Below, piece after piece: positions 16,901-30,099 of a DNA stretch of 64,000 nucleotides. The notes below the pieces were generated by a model. That model was not told where the DNA came from and did no database searches. It saw only the letters and a list, made by a program, of their open reading frames with translations. Every line of letters starts with the position of its first letter. Within the stretch, counting starts at the first letter, position 1. The translations under genes were made by a program, and so were the position numbers. The stretch comes from Cyanophora paradoxa CCMP329. Taxonomy: Eukaryota; Plantae; Glaucophyta. The stretch is taken from assembly GCA_004431415.1 (NCBI GenBank), contig QPMI01000093.1, positions 186,001 through 250,000 of the forward strand, written 5' to 3'.

Positions 16901-19900
16901 CTTAGAGAGAGCGCCCCGGGACGCCCCGCCCGGGGGGCCTATCTTAACGGCGCTGGGGCGGGGGCTCTTAGAGCTCTCGAGCTCTTAGAAAGAGTGCCAT
17001 GGGGCTTAGCGTAGACCGAAGCCGCCCGAAGGAGGGCGCGGCTCAGAGCTGACGGCGCTGGGGCGGGGGCAGAGGGGCCTAGACCTCGGACGGCGCCTCT
17101 TAGAGAAAGCGCCACCGCGCCTTCTAAACTGAGGTCTAAACTGAGGTCTAAGCCTAAGCCCGAGTGGCTTGGCTTAGACCTCAGCTTAGAGGGCGCGGCT
17201 CGTCTGACGGCGCTGGCGCCTCTTAGAGAGAGCGCCCCGGGGCGCCCCCGCGCGGCTCAGAGCTGACGGCGCTGGCGCCCGGGCAGAGGTGGCGGCGACG
17301 CAGGAGCGGCTGGACGCGCTCCTCGACACGCGCCTCCTCACCCGCACCGTCTTCCACGGCCAGGCCCGCCCCCGGCCCCGCCCCGCCCCGGCTTCTTAGC
17401 TAGCAACCGGCGCTGGCTAGCGCTTTATTATCGCCGGGGCCGATCCGGGGCCCCGCCCGCCCCGCCCCTTGCTTAGCTCCCGGGCCGCCCGCCTTCTGCC
17501 CCCGCCCCGCTCCGCCCGAAGAGAGATCTGGCCGCACCATCCCACCCGCCCACCGCTCCTTCTACCCGCCCGCCCACCCTTCCCCGCGCACGCCCCAGCG
17601 CCGCGCGGCGCTGCCCACTGCCCCCGTCCGAAGAGAGATCTGGCCGCACCGTCCCACCCGCCCACCTAGCCCGCCCTGCCGCCCCGGCTTCCTAGTACCC
17701 CTAGCTAGCTCGTACCGGCGCTGGCCCATCGCGATGCGCCGGGCGGCGCTCACGGTCGGGCGGGGGCGTGCGGGGGCGGGCAGCACGCGGCGGCGGCGGG
17801 GCTCCTCGAGGCCTCCGACGCCGCCCTCAAGGACGAGCTCTCCAAGGTACGCTTAAATCTACAGCTTAAACAGCTTAAATCTACTTAGCTCTAGCTCTAG
17901 CTTCTTCAATCTTATTCTCTCCAAGGTACGAGCTCTTAAGGACGAGCTCTCCAAGGCACGCCCCCCGCTTTACTCTTGAATGCAGACGGAATAGCTCCTT
18001 CAATGCGGAATAATTGTATCTGTCTATCTTAAACAGCTTAAACAGCTTAAACAGCTTAAATTTACTCCTGAGCTAGCTTCTTCTTCGATTTCAGCTCTAG
18101 CTTTTTCAATTTTATTCTTGCTTTCGTGCCTTCTGTTTGAGAGCCCTTTGGGCGCAGGTGGTTGACATGGCGGTGTGGACGGAGGGGGCGGAGGCGGCGG
18201 GGGCGCGCCTGAAGGCGGCCCGGGAGGACGTCCGGCGGCTCGAGGGCGAGGCCGCCGCGGGGCAGGCCCTCGCCCGCAGCGCCCTCGACGCGGTCCGCGA
18301 TGGCTGATTCCTTGAAAGATTCTCATTAGACTCTTAGTCTTACTGGCCGCCTTGGTCTCTTAGTCTCTTATATATCTTAAGATTCTCATATGCATCGGAC
18401 TCTGGGTCTTTTCTTCGTGGCCGCGCTGACGCGGCGTTTCGCAGCTCGCCGACTGGCGGGCCAAGAGCGAGCAGTGGATCGAGGCGCACAAGGCCGAGGC
18501 GAGCGAGCGGGCGCCCGTTCCTCCTCCTCGCCGCGGCCGCTGTCGGGCAGGGCTGAGCCGGCGCCGTGGCAGGTGGCGGGGGCGGAGGCGGCGGAGGAGG
18601 CGGCGCTGGGGTCCCTGCCCGAGGCGGCCCGCGCGGGCGGCGATCCCGAGGCGGCGGCGGCGGCCTGGATCGAGGGGCTCAAGGCCGGCTACGAGGCGGC
18701 GCTCGCCGCGGCGCGGGCGGCGGCGTTGCCGGAGGGCTTGGGCGGCGCGGCGCTGCGCGAGGCGGAGAAGCGGGCGGAGGCGGAGGCGGAGGCCGCGCGG
18801 GGCGGCTGGAGGGCTGGCGCGGCGCCGTCGAGAAGCTGCGGGAGCTCGAGGCGCGGCTGCAGAAGGCGGCGGCGGCGGCAGGGAGCTGGGAGGCCGGGCG
18901 CGAGCAGCGCGCCAGGGGGCTGGACGAGGCGGCGGGGCGCGCGCTCGAGCGGCTCGCGGCGGCGGCGGCTACTAAGCTTAAGGCGGGGGCCGAGGCGGCG
19001 CTGGCGGCGCTGGAGGCGCGCCTGGCGGACGCGGAGGCGGCGGCGGCGGCGTGCGCCGAGGCGGAGAAGGCGGCGCTGGCGGAGGAGGAGGCGCGGGCGG
19101 CGGCGGCGGAGGCGGCTTCGGCGGCGGCGCAGGCGGCGTCTGTGGAGGCCGCCACGCGGCACAAGGCGGGGGCGAAGGCGCTCAAAGCTGCGCGGGCGGG
19201 CGAGGCGGACGGGGCGACCTGTGAGCGGTGCCTGCAGCCGGTGGACCCGAAGACGCGGGCCGAGCACGTCGCGCACCTCGCCGAGGCGCGCGCGCCTTCG
19301 CTTCGACTTTCTAGCTGCGCTGACGGCCTCGGCAGGAAGTGAAGGGGCTGGAGAAAGCGGCGGAGAAGGCGAAGGCGGCGGCGGAGGCGGCGGCGGCGGC
19401 GCTGGCGGCCGCCCGGAAGGAGGCGCAGGGGGCTGCCGGGGAGCGGCGCAGGCGGCGGGAGGCGGCGGCGAAGGAGGCGGCGGAGGCGCGGGCGGCGCTG
19501 GAGGGCGGGCGCAAGGCCGCCGAGGAGGCGGCAGCGCTCCGAGCCCAGGCGGCAGCGGCGCGGGCCGAGCCCAACCCGCACGCCGCCGAGCGGGTCCGCC
19601 CACGCGCGCCCGTCCCAAGCGTCCTTTCTAATTTCGGGGCTCCATCTCACTTTGTTGCTTCGCTCTTCCCAGGAAGCGATCGCGGCGGAGGGCCCCCCGG
19701 CCGAGCGCCTGGCCGCGGGGGAGCCGGAGCCGGTTTCCGGCGCGCGCCTGGGGCCGGCAGACCGCCTGAAAGAGGCGAAGCTGGCCTCGGAGCGGGCGGA
19801 GCGGGAGGCGAAGGAGGCGGAGGGCAGGCTGGCCGAGGCGCGCAAGGCCGTGCGGGAGGCGGGCAAGGGCCACCTGGAGGAGCTGCGGGCCCTCCAGGAG

Positions 19901-22313
19901 GCGGCGGAGCGCGCGGGGCGGCGCCTCCACGAGGGGCGCGAGGCGGCGGCGGGCGCCGCCGCCGCGCGCCGGCGGGCGGCGGAGGTGAAGGGCCGCGCGA
20001 ACGTGTACGCGGCGGAGGCGGCGCGGGGCGAGAGGGCGGCGCGCGAGGCGGAGCGGAAGCTGGCGGCGGCGGAGGCCTCGCTCCAGACGGCCGCGGCGGC
20101 CGCCTCGGCGCTCAAAGAGGTCGAGGAGGCGTTCGGGCGGGGGGGCGTACAGGTCCGCTAACTCCAAGTCGATTTAGCTCACTTAATAACGAACTTGCTC
20201 ATAAATGACTAAATCAAGCTAAGTTAACTATAGCTTACTAAACGATCAAGCTAATTCACGACTGGCTTACTGAACCGACTAACTTTAGTTAACTATAGCT
20301 AGCTAACTAACTAAAGAACTTGCTCATAGTTGATTGACTCAAGCTAAGTTCACCATAGCTAACTAAACGGACGAACTGATAGTGAATTAACTCGCCTGGG
20401 CGGCGTCCATGCCAGGTCCGCCAAGATAACTATAGCTAACTAACCGAAGAACTTGCTCATAGTTGATTGACTCAAGCCAAGTTAACCATAGCTAACCAAA
20501 CGAACGAACTGATAGCGAATCAACTCGACTGACTTTGAGCGTCGCAGGGGTACGTGCTGGAGGCGGCGCTGCAGGACCTGGAGGGGCGGGCGGGGGAGTA
20601 CCTGCACGCCCTCTCCGCCGGCGCCCTCCGCATGGAGATCAGGTCTGCTCGTTATATATACATCTTTCCTTCTCTTTCTTGAGTTAAGCTATGCAAATGT
20701 CCGCCGAGCTATAGCTAAAGTGAAGCAGCTTCAGTGTCTAAAGCGCTAAAGTGAAGTTAAAGTGAAGTTAGTGAAGCTAAAGTGAAGCAGCTTATAATTT
20801 ATTAAGTCTCTATCTAGCTAGAAGGCCCAGGCCCACGCCCTTCGGGTTTCTTTCTCTCTGCGCTTTCTGACGCGTGGACGGCAGCCCCGTGCGGGAGAAG
20901 AAGGCGGGGGGCACGTCGGAGAAGATCACCAAGCGCCTCCTCGCCAGGTCCGGGTCCGGAAATCACTCGGAAAATTTAAAATTTGAACAGAAACTTTAAG
21001 AGGCGCGGGCGGGCCCGGGCCGGGGGGTGGGCCCGGGCCCCCGGCCGACGCTCAAGGGGACCCGGACCACCCGAATCGGATTCCGACTTGAGCTGCTAAA
21101 TTTAAACTCTGCTATGGAAATGTAAATCTAATCTGATCCCGGCTCGCGCTGCTAAATTTAGACTTCGTTCGCCTTAAGCTTCGTTCGCAGGCGGGCGGAC
21201 GGGAGCCTGGCGGAGCGGGCGCTGCGGCAGCTGAGCGGGGGCCAGTGGCGGCGGCAGGGCCTCGCCCTGGCCCTCGCCTTCGCCGACTTCTGCCAGCAGC
21301 GCACCGGCATCAGGTCCAACCTCATCGTCCTCGACGAGGTCCGCGTCTCGTTTGTGTTTATAAGTAGCTCTTATTTAGTTCCACTAGGTCTAGGTTCTTT
21401 ATTTATTTAGTTTGTAGTTCTAGGTTCTTAAATAGTTCGAACCACATCGTCCTTAACGAGGCGCGGGCATTTCGTTCTTAAGATTTTCTTTGGCTCCTCT
21501 AGGTTCTAGGGTGTAGGGACAAGACCCGGCCAGACCTAGGCCCCCCCCCCCCACCCCCCCAACACACACACACCCACCCCTCCCCCGCTCCACCCCCCTC
21601 CCCCCCCCCCCCCCCCTGGCCACGAAGCCTCTCGGGCCCAGGCTCACAGGCTCAGACCCCGGCCAGGCTCAGACCCCGGCCTTCAAATCCAGAAACCGGC
21701 CCCTCCTCCCAGACCCAGATCTAGACCTAGGCCGCCCGGACATTGGCCCCCCTACCCCTCCCCGCCTCCCTCACCTGATTCTCTTCTCCCTCCCGCCCCC
21801 CCTCCCTCCTCCCAGACCCCGACCTAGGCCGCCCCGTCCTCCACACACCCCCTCACCTGATCCTCTTCTTCCCCCCACTCCCCCTCCCCCCCGCCCCGCA
21901 GGTGCTGCAGTCGCTGGACGCGGAGGGGCGGCAGCGGGTGGCCGGCGTCGTCCGCTCCCTCCCCTACGACTCCATCCTTGTCGTCTCCCACGAGGTGCCC
22001 CAGGCTTCTTTATATAAGCTTAGCTTCGGCTTAGGAGAGGTTCTGATTACAATTAGCCGAGTCCAAATAAGCCCGTCTCTAATTAGCCCGTCTCTAATTA
22101 GAGGTGTAAGCTTATTAGCTTGTAGTTAGCTTCCACTCCCTCCCCTACGACTCCCAGGGGGTTCTGATCTGATCTGATCTGATCTGATCTGAGCCGATCT
22201 GAGCCGATCTGACCTGATCTGAGCAGGTGGACTTCGCGCCGTTCGACCGCGTGGACCGCGTCCTGCGGAGCGGCGACCGATCCTCCGTCACTCTCAACGC
22301 CGGCCACCGCTGA
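13993..22313 (+). CDS. Fused SbcD/Mre11 metallophosphoesterase + SbcC/Rad50 SMC-like ATPase, multi-exon, with N-terminal extension
   Basis: Nuclease motifs FSDLH, LFLGDWWH, IPGNHDQ, FCH, TGHYHKPH, YVGSPYQ. ATPase: VELEGYGPF, Walker A SNGSGKSTL, coiled coil with zinc hook CERCLQPV, signature LSGGQWRR, Walker B IVLDE, ILVVSH; stop TGA 22311-22313. Confidence 0.88.
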
Positions 22314-22806
22314 GCTCCGAAGGGACGCCCATGGTAGGCCCGCGCGCGGCACGCCCTCCGTCAATCTCGACGCCGGCCACCGCTGACGCGCGCCTCTCTC
22401 CCTCCCCTCCCTACTCGCCGTCCTCGGGCTCAGCGGGGGACCGCTGAGCCCGAAGGGGCGCCCGGCCTGTACGTAGTAGTATAGTAGGCCCGCGCGCCCT
22501 CCGGATCCGGAGGGCGGGCCGCCGCGGCCGCTCGAGCTCACCGCTGGCGCCCTTCTTCTCCGCCGCCCCCCCCACTCCCCCACCCCCCCCCCCCCCCACC
22601 CCCCCCCAACTCGCCGCCCGAGGCGGATCCGCGCCCGGCGGCCCGGCCCGCTGCGTGCGGCCCGGTCGCAGCCGGCGCCGGCCCGCCGGGCCGCGGCCGC
22701 CTTCGAAAAAAAGAACCCAGTCCAGGCCGAGGCGCGCGCTCGCTCCCTTCAGGCCGGCGCCGCTTTGCGTGCGGCCGCGGCCGATCGCGAGCCGTGCACA
22801 TCCTTA

Positions 22807-22971
22807 AAGCTTTCCATATATACGTATATATAGGCTTTCCATATATACGTATATATAAGCTTTCCATATATACGTATATATAAGCTTTCCATATATACGT
22901 ATATATAAGCTTTCCATATATACGTATATATAAGCTTTCCATATATACGTATATATAAGCTTTCCATATAT
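22807..22971. repeat. 25-bp tandem repeat aagctttccatatatacgtatatat, about 6.6 copies
   Basis: Direct reading; the unit contains the perfect palindrome ATATATACGTATATAT plus AAGCTT. Confidence 0.92.
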
Positions 22972-23000
22972 ACCGCGGCCGCGGCCGATCGCGGCCGGCC

Positions 23001-23167
23001 GAGGGCGGAGCGGGAGGCGAAGGAGGCGGAGGGCAGGCTGGCCGAGGCGCGCAAGGCGGTGCGGGAGGCGGGCGAGGGACGCATGGAGGAGCTGCGGGCC
23101 CTCCAGGAGGCGGCGGAGCGCGCGGGGCGTCGCCTCCACGAGGGGCGCGAGGCGGCGGCGGCCGCCG
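23001..23167 (+). pseudogene. Ectopic copy of an SbcC coiled-coil exon fragment
   Basis: Near-identical to ~19794-19960 (gggcggagcgggaggcgaaggaggcggagggcaggctggccgaggcgcgcaagg...). Confidence 0.85.
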
Positions 23168-23226
23168 GCGCCACTTTGCGTGCGGCCGCCGCCGATCGCG
23201 AGCCGTGCACATCCTTTCCATATATA

Positions 23227-23665
23227 CGTACCTTGAGCTTCCTTCCTTACCTTTCCCCGCATGCATTCTTTGAGCGGCGCCTTCCGGATCCCCACCCGCG
23301 GCGCCGGCTAGCGCTGCCCCTCAGCGCCGCCCGCTCTCCATTAGCTCGGCGGTCCGTGGCACTTGCACTGCGGCTATCGGCGCACGGGCAGCTCGAGCTT
23401 AAGAGATATCGATAGACCTCGAGCTCCGAGGCTCGATCTGAAGCTCTCGCGATCAAAATCGAACAACAGCGCATACGCATGCCGCAGTGCATATGTGGGG
23501 AGCGGGCTGCGGGCGGGGGCCGGGCGGCGAGCCTCTCGGAGGCTGAGTCTCATAGCGAACACTGTGCATTCAATGATTTCGACATGTACACTGGCATGGG
23601 ACAGAAACAGATGGGCCGGCGCCGGATCCGAAAGGCCGAAGCAAGGGGCCGGGAGCTCGCCGAGT
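23227..23665 (+). repeat. Left copy of a diverged direct repeat bounding the FkbM/GT island
   Basis: cgtaccttgagcttccttccttacctttccccgcatgc...ccggatccccacccgcggcgccgg...ctagcgctgcccctcagcgccgcc; matches ~30100-30540. Confidence 0.8.
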
Positions 23666-23952
23666 CTATGCCGGTCGAGTCAACTGTAAGCCCGAGTCGA
23701 GCTCGACATGTAAAAGGTTAGAATTAGACAGTACGTATACGTATACGTATGCGACGCGATCGATAGCACGCGTACTATGGTATACGTACGTATACGTATA
23801 CGTATGCGACGCGATCGATATCTATTATTATGCGGGGTCACCGTGTGCGCGCGGGCCAAAAAGCTGTGCATTCCATCCGAAGCAGAAACAGAAGGGGCCG
23901 GTGGAGTGTGTACTTCGGATCCGAGATGGCTAACTCGAGATGTCGATTTGTT

Positions 23953-25510
23953 TCACGACCACTCCAGCAAAATCGAAGAAAGGGAGGATCGAAGAGAATG
24001 CGCTAAGGATATATGCTCGGATTCCCAATAGTGAAATTCGACCCATAGACGATCGACAAGACTTATCGTCCCGTCGGCAATCATTCGCCCAAGCACGTCG
24101 TACTCGCTCCCTTCAATGTCCATCTGCACATGCATGCATCGATATCGTTCGAATTCCTATTTATAATCGAAATCGGAAGGAAAACTTGTCCAAGCAAATG
24201 CATGCACCTTTACGTACACGACGTCTTCCTGGGTCACAGTTTCCCGTAGCACTCGCGAGAAGTCTAACGCCGTGACGTTAACCTGGCCCAGTGGGGCGAA
24301 GGTCAAAAGCTGAAGTTTGAGAGTAAAAGAATTCACAGCGCTAGCCCGCATATAATATATGCATAGCACGTGCATGTATGGCTGTGAGCGCTATTCCAGC
24401 GATATAACGCGAACCTTCACGTGGTCACCGTTGCTCGAGCTCGGCTGTGCATCGGGATGCGAGGAGAGCAGCGAGCTCCCCCAGAAGCTTCGGTGCTCGT
24501 TAACGTTGTCCAAGTAGAGCTCCGCTGTCCCGTCGTAACCGGTAACCTGCGCATGCATTCGAGATCGATATCGTTCAACATAATTATAAATATTCATGTT
24601 GCATCATATGCATCTCATATTTAAATTCAATTACGAGACCGTCGAATCCGGACGCACAGCCGCTGGGACGTGCAACGATATCGATGATATTTCTTGGCCG
24701 AGCGCGCGCTTCGCGAACATTGCGACGAGCTGTAGCTCTCCTTCGAACCGTGGATTGGCCTCCACAGCGTGCTGCGACTGAGGGCATCAAGAGAGATGCA
24801 GCGCTAGCTATAGGGCCCGCTGAGAGCGTGTTTGTGCACGCACCACATGCCAGGAAGGCCCCGCGTCGATATCGATCATGTGCGATCGCGATCGCGAGGG
24901 CGTGCGGTCTGCAGAGGCTTCGATTCGAAGTCCCGATCGAGATTCCAAGAGGCCAAGGAATTCAAGAACGGAGTTGCCGTTGTTAGCCTGCCGTGCATGA
25001 AACTCGATCATGCATGCACAAGCCTTGATCATGAAGGACGCCAGCCCACTGGGCCAAGCCAATTTATTGCAAGGCCTAGGCGCGCTCGTCTACTAGGCTA
25101 TGCACTTCTAGGACAATCACGAGCGCTTTCTTTCTATAACCTAGAGCTAGAGCTATATGTATATACATATATATGCATGTATATATGGATCCGGATTGCG
25201 TTGCAATTGGATCATAGCACCGGTTACCCCGAGGTCGAAGAAGTGCGCGCTCCTATAGCTAGGCCTTGCAATTGCGGTCGATAGCGCTGTGACATTCGCG
25301 TTCGTTTGCAGCGCGGAAGCTTCGAGTGAAATGCTGGCCAAGAGCAATGCCGTCGCCAGGAAATAATGAGAAGGTAGAACTTTGCGCCCGCATGCAGCGC
25401 AAGCTCCTACTATGCGTGCGTATACGTAAACACGAATCGGACAGCTGACGGAGATCCTTCCATGGCCAACTCGTACTCTGTGACCATGAGTGGCGCGGCT
25501 GCAGGCCATG
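23953..25510 (-). CDS. FkbM-family (Methyltransf_21) SAM-dependent methyltransferase with N-terminal hydrophobic segment, multi-exon; start approximate
   Basis: HFFDLG|ANNGNS, VEANPRF, YDGTAELYLD, WGSSLL, VTALDFSRVL, DVVYVK|MDIEGSEYDVL..MIADGTISLVDRLWVEFH. Confidence 0.82.
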
Positions 25511-25959
25511 GTGCTGGTTGGTATTGCCAAACGCGCGCGCGTACGTACTAGCCTAGTAGCTATAGCAACTGCCGCCGCGCGCCGCTGCGGATGCGCATGC
25601 AGCAGCCGGACCATTGCCGCAGTGCCGGCGGGGGCCGGTACTACGGTCCAGTCTACGGACCAGTCTACGCCGTGACGGTAGCCGCCGGCGCACTGCCGCA
25701 GTGCCACTGTGCCAGGCTACCAGGCTACTAACTAAGTAAGGCCACGGGTAACCAGCCTACCGCGGCCGGTAGCTCAGCGGCTGCATGCGGCCGCCGGCGC
25801 CGGCGCCGCGCCGCCGCGGCGCCGGGCATGAGATCGAGACTCTCTAAATCTGAGAGCCCCCTGCTAGTACCGTAGTACTGCAGCTACTACTGCTATACTA
25901 GTATAGCTAGTGCCCCCGAAGGGCCCGTACGGATACGGGTACGTATACTGTGAGGCGTA

Positions 25960-26188
25960 CCGTAGACGACTTAAATACCGCGCTGAGTTAAATACCGCGC
26001 TGCCAATTACCGCGCTCAAAATTTTTAGAACGCAGTAATTTGGTTGCGCGGTATTACCCCCTTTGCTAACAAATAATACATTTTCGAAGACGATGGAACG
26101 CGGTAATTTGGTAGCGCGGTAAAGCGCATACTGGCGCCGAAATTTTAGAACGCGGTAATATGTGGCGCGGTATTTAAGTCGTCTACGG
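25960..26188. mobile_element. MITE, Tc1/mariner-pogo-like (TA target-site duplication)
   Basis: 24-bp perfect TIRs CCGTAGACGACTTAAATACCGCGC / GCGCGGTATTTAAGTCGTCTACGG with TA on both sides; no ORF. Confidence 0.88.
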
Positions 26189-26934
26189 TAGTTAAATTGC
26201 CGCTTAGTAAAATTGCCGAAATTGGCGAATCCAGATTTCTGCTGAGAATCTGCTCTATGGCTAAGCAAATACCTACCCCCTAAGCAATTGCCGTAGTACT
26301 AAATTGCCGAATTCGGCCTCTCGGCAATTTACGTATACGGGAATTATTTACCACGGCTAAAAAACTACGCCTACGTACAGTACCTTATCGGAAATGCTAT
26401 GTAGCTAGTAAGAGCTGATCGGAAGGTCCCGGATTCGATCGGGACCCGGAGTCCTGCAACTTGGCTGCAAGTCTACTTGGTACTTGGGGTGCCAAATGCA
26501 CCGGTACCAATTAAATCCAGCGGCCCGGCGGTTCCGGATCCGTAGTACCGGCCCTACTACCGGGTGGCGGCCGGTGGCAGACTGGCACTGTCTGGCAGAC
26601 TCACACAGTGGCAGTACTACTAGCTATAGGCGACGGCATGCGCTCGGCACTCGCGAGTCGCGAGTCGCGAGTCGCGACTCGGCATGCGCAGGCGACGCGC
26701 CGACTCGGCGACGGCCGCAGGCCGGCGGGCGCCGGGCAGCCTGCCCGCAGTGCCCGCCGGCGCCAGCAACAGCACGTTCACTGCAGCGGCAGTGCAGCCG
26801 CGTTGAGCTCAAGCCGCTGCAGCTGAGCATGCAGGCTCAGCCCGAGCGGCCGCAAGACTGATCATGATCAGTACATTGCAAGTGTGCACAAGCACCTTCA
26901 ACTCTCAGTGAATTCATATATAAACATATAGCAA

Positions 26935-29900
26935 ATGATCCGGATCCACAGGAATACAGCGGTTATGCATACGGCCACTGACATCACGAGCTGTATACGT
27001 ACATGTGCGCACTCGCGCGCTCGAGCTCAAAATCCGCAACAAGCCCAGCTGCTGCTTCTCGGCCATCTCGCCGGGATCCTGCTTACAACCGTTCTCTGTG
27101 CATATACATGCACAGCAGGATTAGCGCTCTCGCTTCCGCCCGTCAATGGCGACGGGATGCATGTGCCGAGCGGCACAGATCTAGATATTGAAACTGCCAG
27201 CAGCTGCAGCCCTAGGCCTTCGAATTCAAACGATATACCCGTTGCCCTCGAGAATGACCGACGCAGCAGCAGACTTGCATTTGGACCTCACTGGCTTTTG
27301 AACCCCACATGCAATGTGCTCGAAGCCACCCCAGCATGCGCAATAAATCGGTGACTACGGATCCTGCCAGGCTGCGCCTAAAGCTACATATATATATACA
27401 TATATAACATCTGATCACTCAGTCCGGATCCACGTACCGGACGCTGACTCCGGATCGATATCCACCACGCTGATCCGGCCCCGGGATCCGGCAGTTACAT
27501 TGTGGATACTCGACACTTGCTGCCTTCATTAGCTGCCGCCGCGGGCACAGAAGGACTCGTCTATGTAACCAGCCTTGAAGAAGTCAAACCCCTCGATTGG
27601 GTCGAGGTTTATGAGGTACGGAAGCACCTAATATAAATATTGATCTTCCTTTCCAACAAATCAGATGCAGTGCTCTTCCTGATCGCACATGTGCACGTCC
27701 GATTTCGCAGGCACTGCTCAAGAATCTCATCGCATCGTCGCAACGTGCCAACATCTCGAGCCTGCTTGTATTCACGTCGAAAAGGCTGAGCGACAAGTTG
27801 CTCGCGGAGGGCATCCTTGCCGTGCACCAGCCGTCCCTGCGCTGCATGACGAAGGTGATCATGAGCGCGCCGGTTACAGTGGATTGCACAGAGAATGCTT
27901 CTAACATGCGTACATGTACTTTTCAATTCGTCTGCGCAGCAATTCAATATCCAGAACTATCTTAAGTGGCTGTACGTTTTGAACGTGATTTCGACCGGAT
28001 ATGACGTCGTGTATGTCGATTTGGACGTCGCCTTCGCCCGCGGCCGCGCACCGAATTTCTCGCGCGCGCACCACTTCGAATTCGCGTCATCTTCCCCGAC
28101 TGGTCGGAGGTGCACAACGCTGTCTCCTAATCGCGTGGGCCCAATATCGACATCGAATTCGAAGTTCTTACTATCTGCGCTAGCCGGCGCGCTGGCAGCG
28201 GCTTCTTCTATGCGAAAAGCGATCCTGGTACTTGCACTTTAAAAGAGATGAAGCATGCATCGATATCGCATCAGGCTGATCTTTGCATCCCTATCAGAAA
28301 CTGCGCGAGCGATTGCGGAACTCTTGGCTGCGTTCGAAAGCGACGCCGAGGCTGATGAGACGGTGCTCTGGCGCCGCTCGGACGAGGTCTGCAGATCGAC
28401 GTCGACGTCTTCATGCAAATAAATCTACATGTAAAGTCGATTAACGAATCATATGCACAGCATTACTTGAATGAAATTTTGTTGAGTCGGGTAATGCCGA
28501 ACCGCACGCTCGATATTCGCTTGCTTCCTGTGGACGAGGTGCACTTGATATATCATAATGACATGATCGATATCAATGTGTATTCGCTGCAAATAATAAT
28601 CAGCAAGTAATAATAATAACTTGTAACCTCCGCACAGGTCGCTTCTGGATTCCACTACTGGCACATGCACAAGTTTAGGAAGGAGGGAAACGAGGTCCAG
28701 CCGTACGCGGTGCACGCAAGCTGGGCTGCGCAGCGATCCAAGGCTCACGCTTTGAGGGAGGTCGGATTGTGGTTCGTTCGCATCCCGTTGAAAAACGTTG
28801 ATTAGCCTCGATCTCTCCGATCGCGAGCGCTCATGATCACGTTTCGCAGGCATCTCAATGCCACAACCCGCCAGCGCCGCCTGCTCTCTTACATCCCGCC
28901 GTCCAATCGGAGCTTCGAAACCGAAATGGAAGCTCTCAGGAGCGCGCTTGGCGTGGCTTTCGCCACCGGCCGATCGCTCGTCCTCCCCTCAATTCCATGC
29001 ATTCTCAATCCCGTGCACAAAGTATCTACGTACCCGTCTGATCATGCTCATGATTGTTGCTCTACGAACACCAACGCACACGCGTACGCATCTGCAGGAA
29101 ATTCAGCTGGGTGACAGCCGCGGACTTTGCTCGCCTTCCGCAATTTTCGAGATTGAATCCCTAATTGAGAACTTCGAAGTTCGGGAACACAATTACCTGA
29201 AAGGTTCTCGCACAATCGTTTTCTTGGAAGCTCCTTACGTGTATGATTGATGCAAGCTCCATTGCAATTACAGAGTTCCCCGTGCCCCTCGAAGAAACCG
29301 CTCGCGTTACCTTCCGACAACACACCACTGATAGCGATGTCCGCGGCCCGCATCTAATTTAATACCGCTGTTTAATTTGATGATTGCGACAGCTCGAAAG
29401 CATCGTCGGGGAGGGCCTTGATGACCATGAGAAGAGATTGCTTATTCTGTCTGGAATCGAAGTGCGAATATTCAAAATCGACTGAACGGTTATCTTTGTT
29501 TCTTTACTCGCTGCACGGGCAAATTCTCGCAGCACGGGTTCAGCTTCTCGGCTCCTGCGCTGAGTATGGGATTCGGCGAGAGGCTGAAACGCGCACTCAA
29601 GTGCAGACCAGAGCAGTGGTGCGAAAACGATTGACATCGATATCCTTGCTGACGGAATCGAACGTCGAATGGCACCGGTCATATAATCGGCTTACTGAGA
29701 TTCGAAACAGGGTCTACGAGGCCTGCCAGGAGGCCGGCATTGCCTGGCCGTACACGCGAACGTGTGAACGTGATGCACGGCCCCTTGTAGCCCAGGGCCC
29801 GCGCCCCAGAGAGGAGCCCCTCAAGAGCATCTTTGCGGAGTCCGAAACCACCCCCGAGCTCGACGACAGTCCGGATCAGTTCGGATCCGCGAATACCGCG

Positions 29901-29972
29901 CTAGGGCTCCCCTCCATTTGCGGAGACAAACACGCTTCTTTCTGGCACACCAAGCGCACACTACAGATCTAG
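26935..29972 (+). CDS. Nucleotide-diphospho-sugar transferase (GT77-like) with a possible second O-FucT-like C-terminal region, multi-exon; ends approximate
   Basis: N-terminal TM; LKWLYVLNVISTGYDVVYVDLDV (DxD), GGFFYAKS, SDEHYLNEIL, IRLLPVDEVASG, PYAVHASW...KAHALREVGLW; then LRSALGVAFATGRSLVLPSIPC. Confidence 0.75.
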
Positions 29973-30099
29973 ATGTAGAAAGGAAATGTATATGTGGAAA
30001 AATAGTCTAATGAATGATTTTATTGCTCTGCCGCGCCGCGCGCAGTGCCTCAGAGCGAGGGCAACCGAGGGTCAACATTCGTTGTCATTAATTTCCATG

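Noticed and set aside
22749-23295. ORFs with YIWKAYIYVYMESL repeats
   Set aside because: Translations of a 25-bp non-triplet tandem repeat; not coding.
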